Positions 63,567 to 64,000 of a stretch of 64,000 nucleotides of DNA are shown here, piece after piece (within the stretch, counting starts at the first letter, position 1; each line of letters starts with the position of its first letter). The position numbers and the translations under genes are program-made. The DNA is taken from assembly GCA_016278505.1 (NCBI GenBank), contig JADQBQ010000005.1:36771-100770 (forward strand). The letters run 5' to 3'. The notes below the pieces were generated by a model, which was not told the DNA's origin, ran no database searches, and worked only from the letters and a program-made list of their open reading frames with translations. The DNA comes from Clostridiales bacterium (GTDB taxonomy: Bacteria > Bacillota > Desulfotomaculia > Desulfotomaculales > VENG01).

Positions 63567-64000
63567 TTATTTAAAATCTTTTCCTATAGAAAACGCCCGC
63601 CCTATTTCCTCGCCCACGCCGTAGTAATTTTTACTGTCAGGAGCATATAGAAGGGGTTTAATTTTTTCTATGATCGGATCGTCCCCTTCCGCCAGGGCTG
63701 CATCAATTTTTACATCTACAATTTCACCGATAAACTGTGTGTGCAGACCGATCTCCACCGACTGGATAACCTTACATTCCAAGTTTAAAGGAAACTCTTG
63801 CACATAAGGGGCATCAACGAAATCACTTTTTGCCGGAGTAAGCCCGGTTATGGTAAATTTGTCTTCATTACGTCCTGATACTATGCCGAAATAATCTGCC
63901 TCCCGGGCATTTTTTTCAGAGGGAATACTCACCGTAAAGCATTTCTTGACAACTATGTTGCTATAGGTATGTGCGGCTTGGCGCAGGGCAACGGAAACAC
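63567..64000 (-). CDS. flavin reductase-like (FMN-binding split-barrel) protein, 5' end beyond the window
   Basis: The frame stays open to the window edge. SGRNEDKF...GLT......V.AP.V.E.P..LEC is typical of the flavin reductase-like domain. Confidence 0.6.
   Translation of the reverse strand, partial: VSVALRQAAHTYSNIVVKKCFTVSIPSEKNAREADYFGIVSGRNEDKFTITGLTPAKSDFVDAPYVQEFPLNLECKVIQSVEIGLHTQFIGEIVDVKIDAALAEGDDPIIEKIKPLLYAPDSKNYYGVGEEIGRAFSIGKDFK

Noticed and set aside
1-64000. Search for CRISPR arrays, rRNA and tRNA genes.
   Set aside because: No regularly spaced short direct repeats, no rRNA-like conserved blocks and no cloverleaf-type sequences were noticed by eye. A tRNAscan/Infernal run would be needed to be certain.

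Overview
The window looks like chromosome from an endospore-forming Firmicute. This is inferred from SspH-, Spo0E-, CotF-like and SigI/RsgI-type genes; no rRNA, tRNA or CRISPR array was seen. Layout by region: (1) 1-7.6 kb holds a TRAP transporter, small spore-type proteins, a DHA2 MFS pump and a GT4 glycosyltransferase. (2) 7.8-20.3 kb holds two paralogous hydroxy-acid catabolic clusters. Each has a TctCBA transporter plus a split UxaA/SAF lyase, and one also has two dehydrogenases and a GntR regulator. The two clusters share a ~2.9 kb apparently base-identical block. (3) 20.4-26.9 kb holds housekeeping and membrane genes, including lgt and a fused membrane/spermidine-synthase-like protein. 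(4) 26.9-36.5 kb is a ~9 kb mosaic island lying between the two ends of a radical SAM/SPASM gene. It carries an IS256 element, a foreign decaying module with its own hairpin family, a DDE transposase remnant, a RAYT element and an MNT/HEPN pair. (5) 36.5-42.9 kb holds a PIN toxin cassette bounded by 140-bp direct repeats, then a MacAB-like ABC efflux operon with a GbsR/MarR-like regulator. (6) 43-56 kb is an envelope/metal-stress neighbourhood with two paralogous histidine kinases, PspA, a GGDEF protein, an M23 peptidase, a DUF326 Cys-rich copper-type protein, sigI-rsgI plus an OmpR-type regulator, and SHOCT. (7) 56-64 kb holds assorted genes (MBL hydrolase, HtpX, DedA, Csp, zinc ribbons). The most interesting signal is a family of five signal-peptide-bearing Met/Gly/Tyr- or Met/Asp/Gln-rich small proteins scattered through the window. 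Two of them share a C-rich -35 / CGAA -10 promoter-leader block with the sigI gene itself. The RsgI-like anti-sigma factor carries an extracytoplasmic tail of the same unusual composition. All functional calls come from reading the translated ORFs and the DNA by eye; no database search was run.
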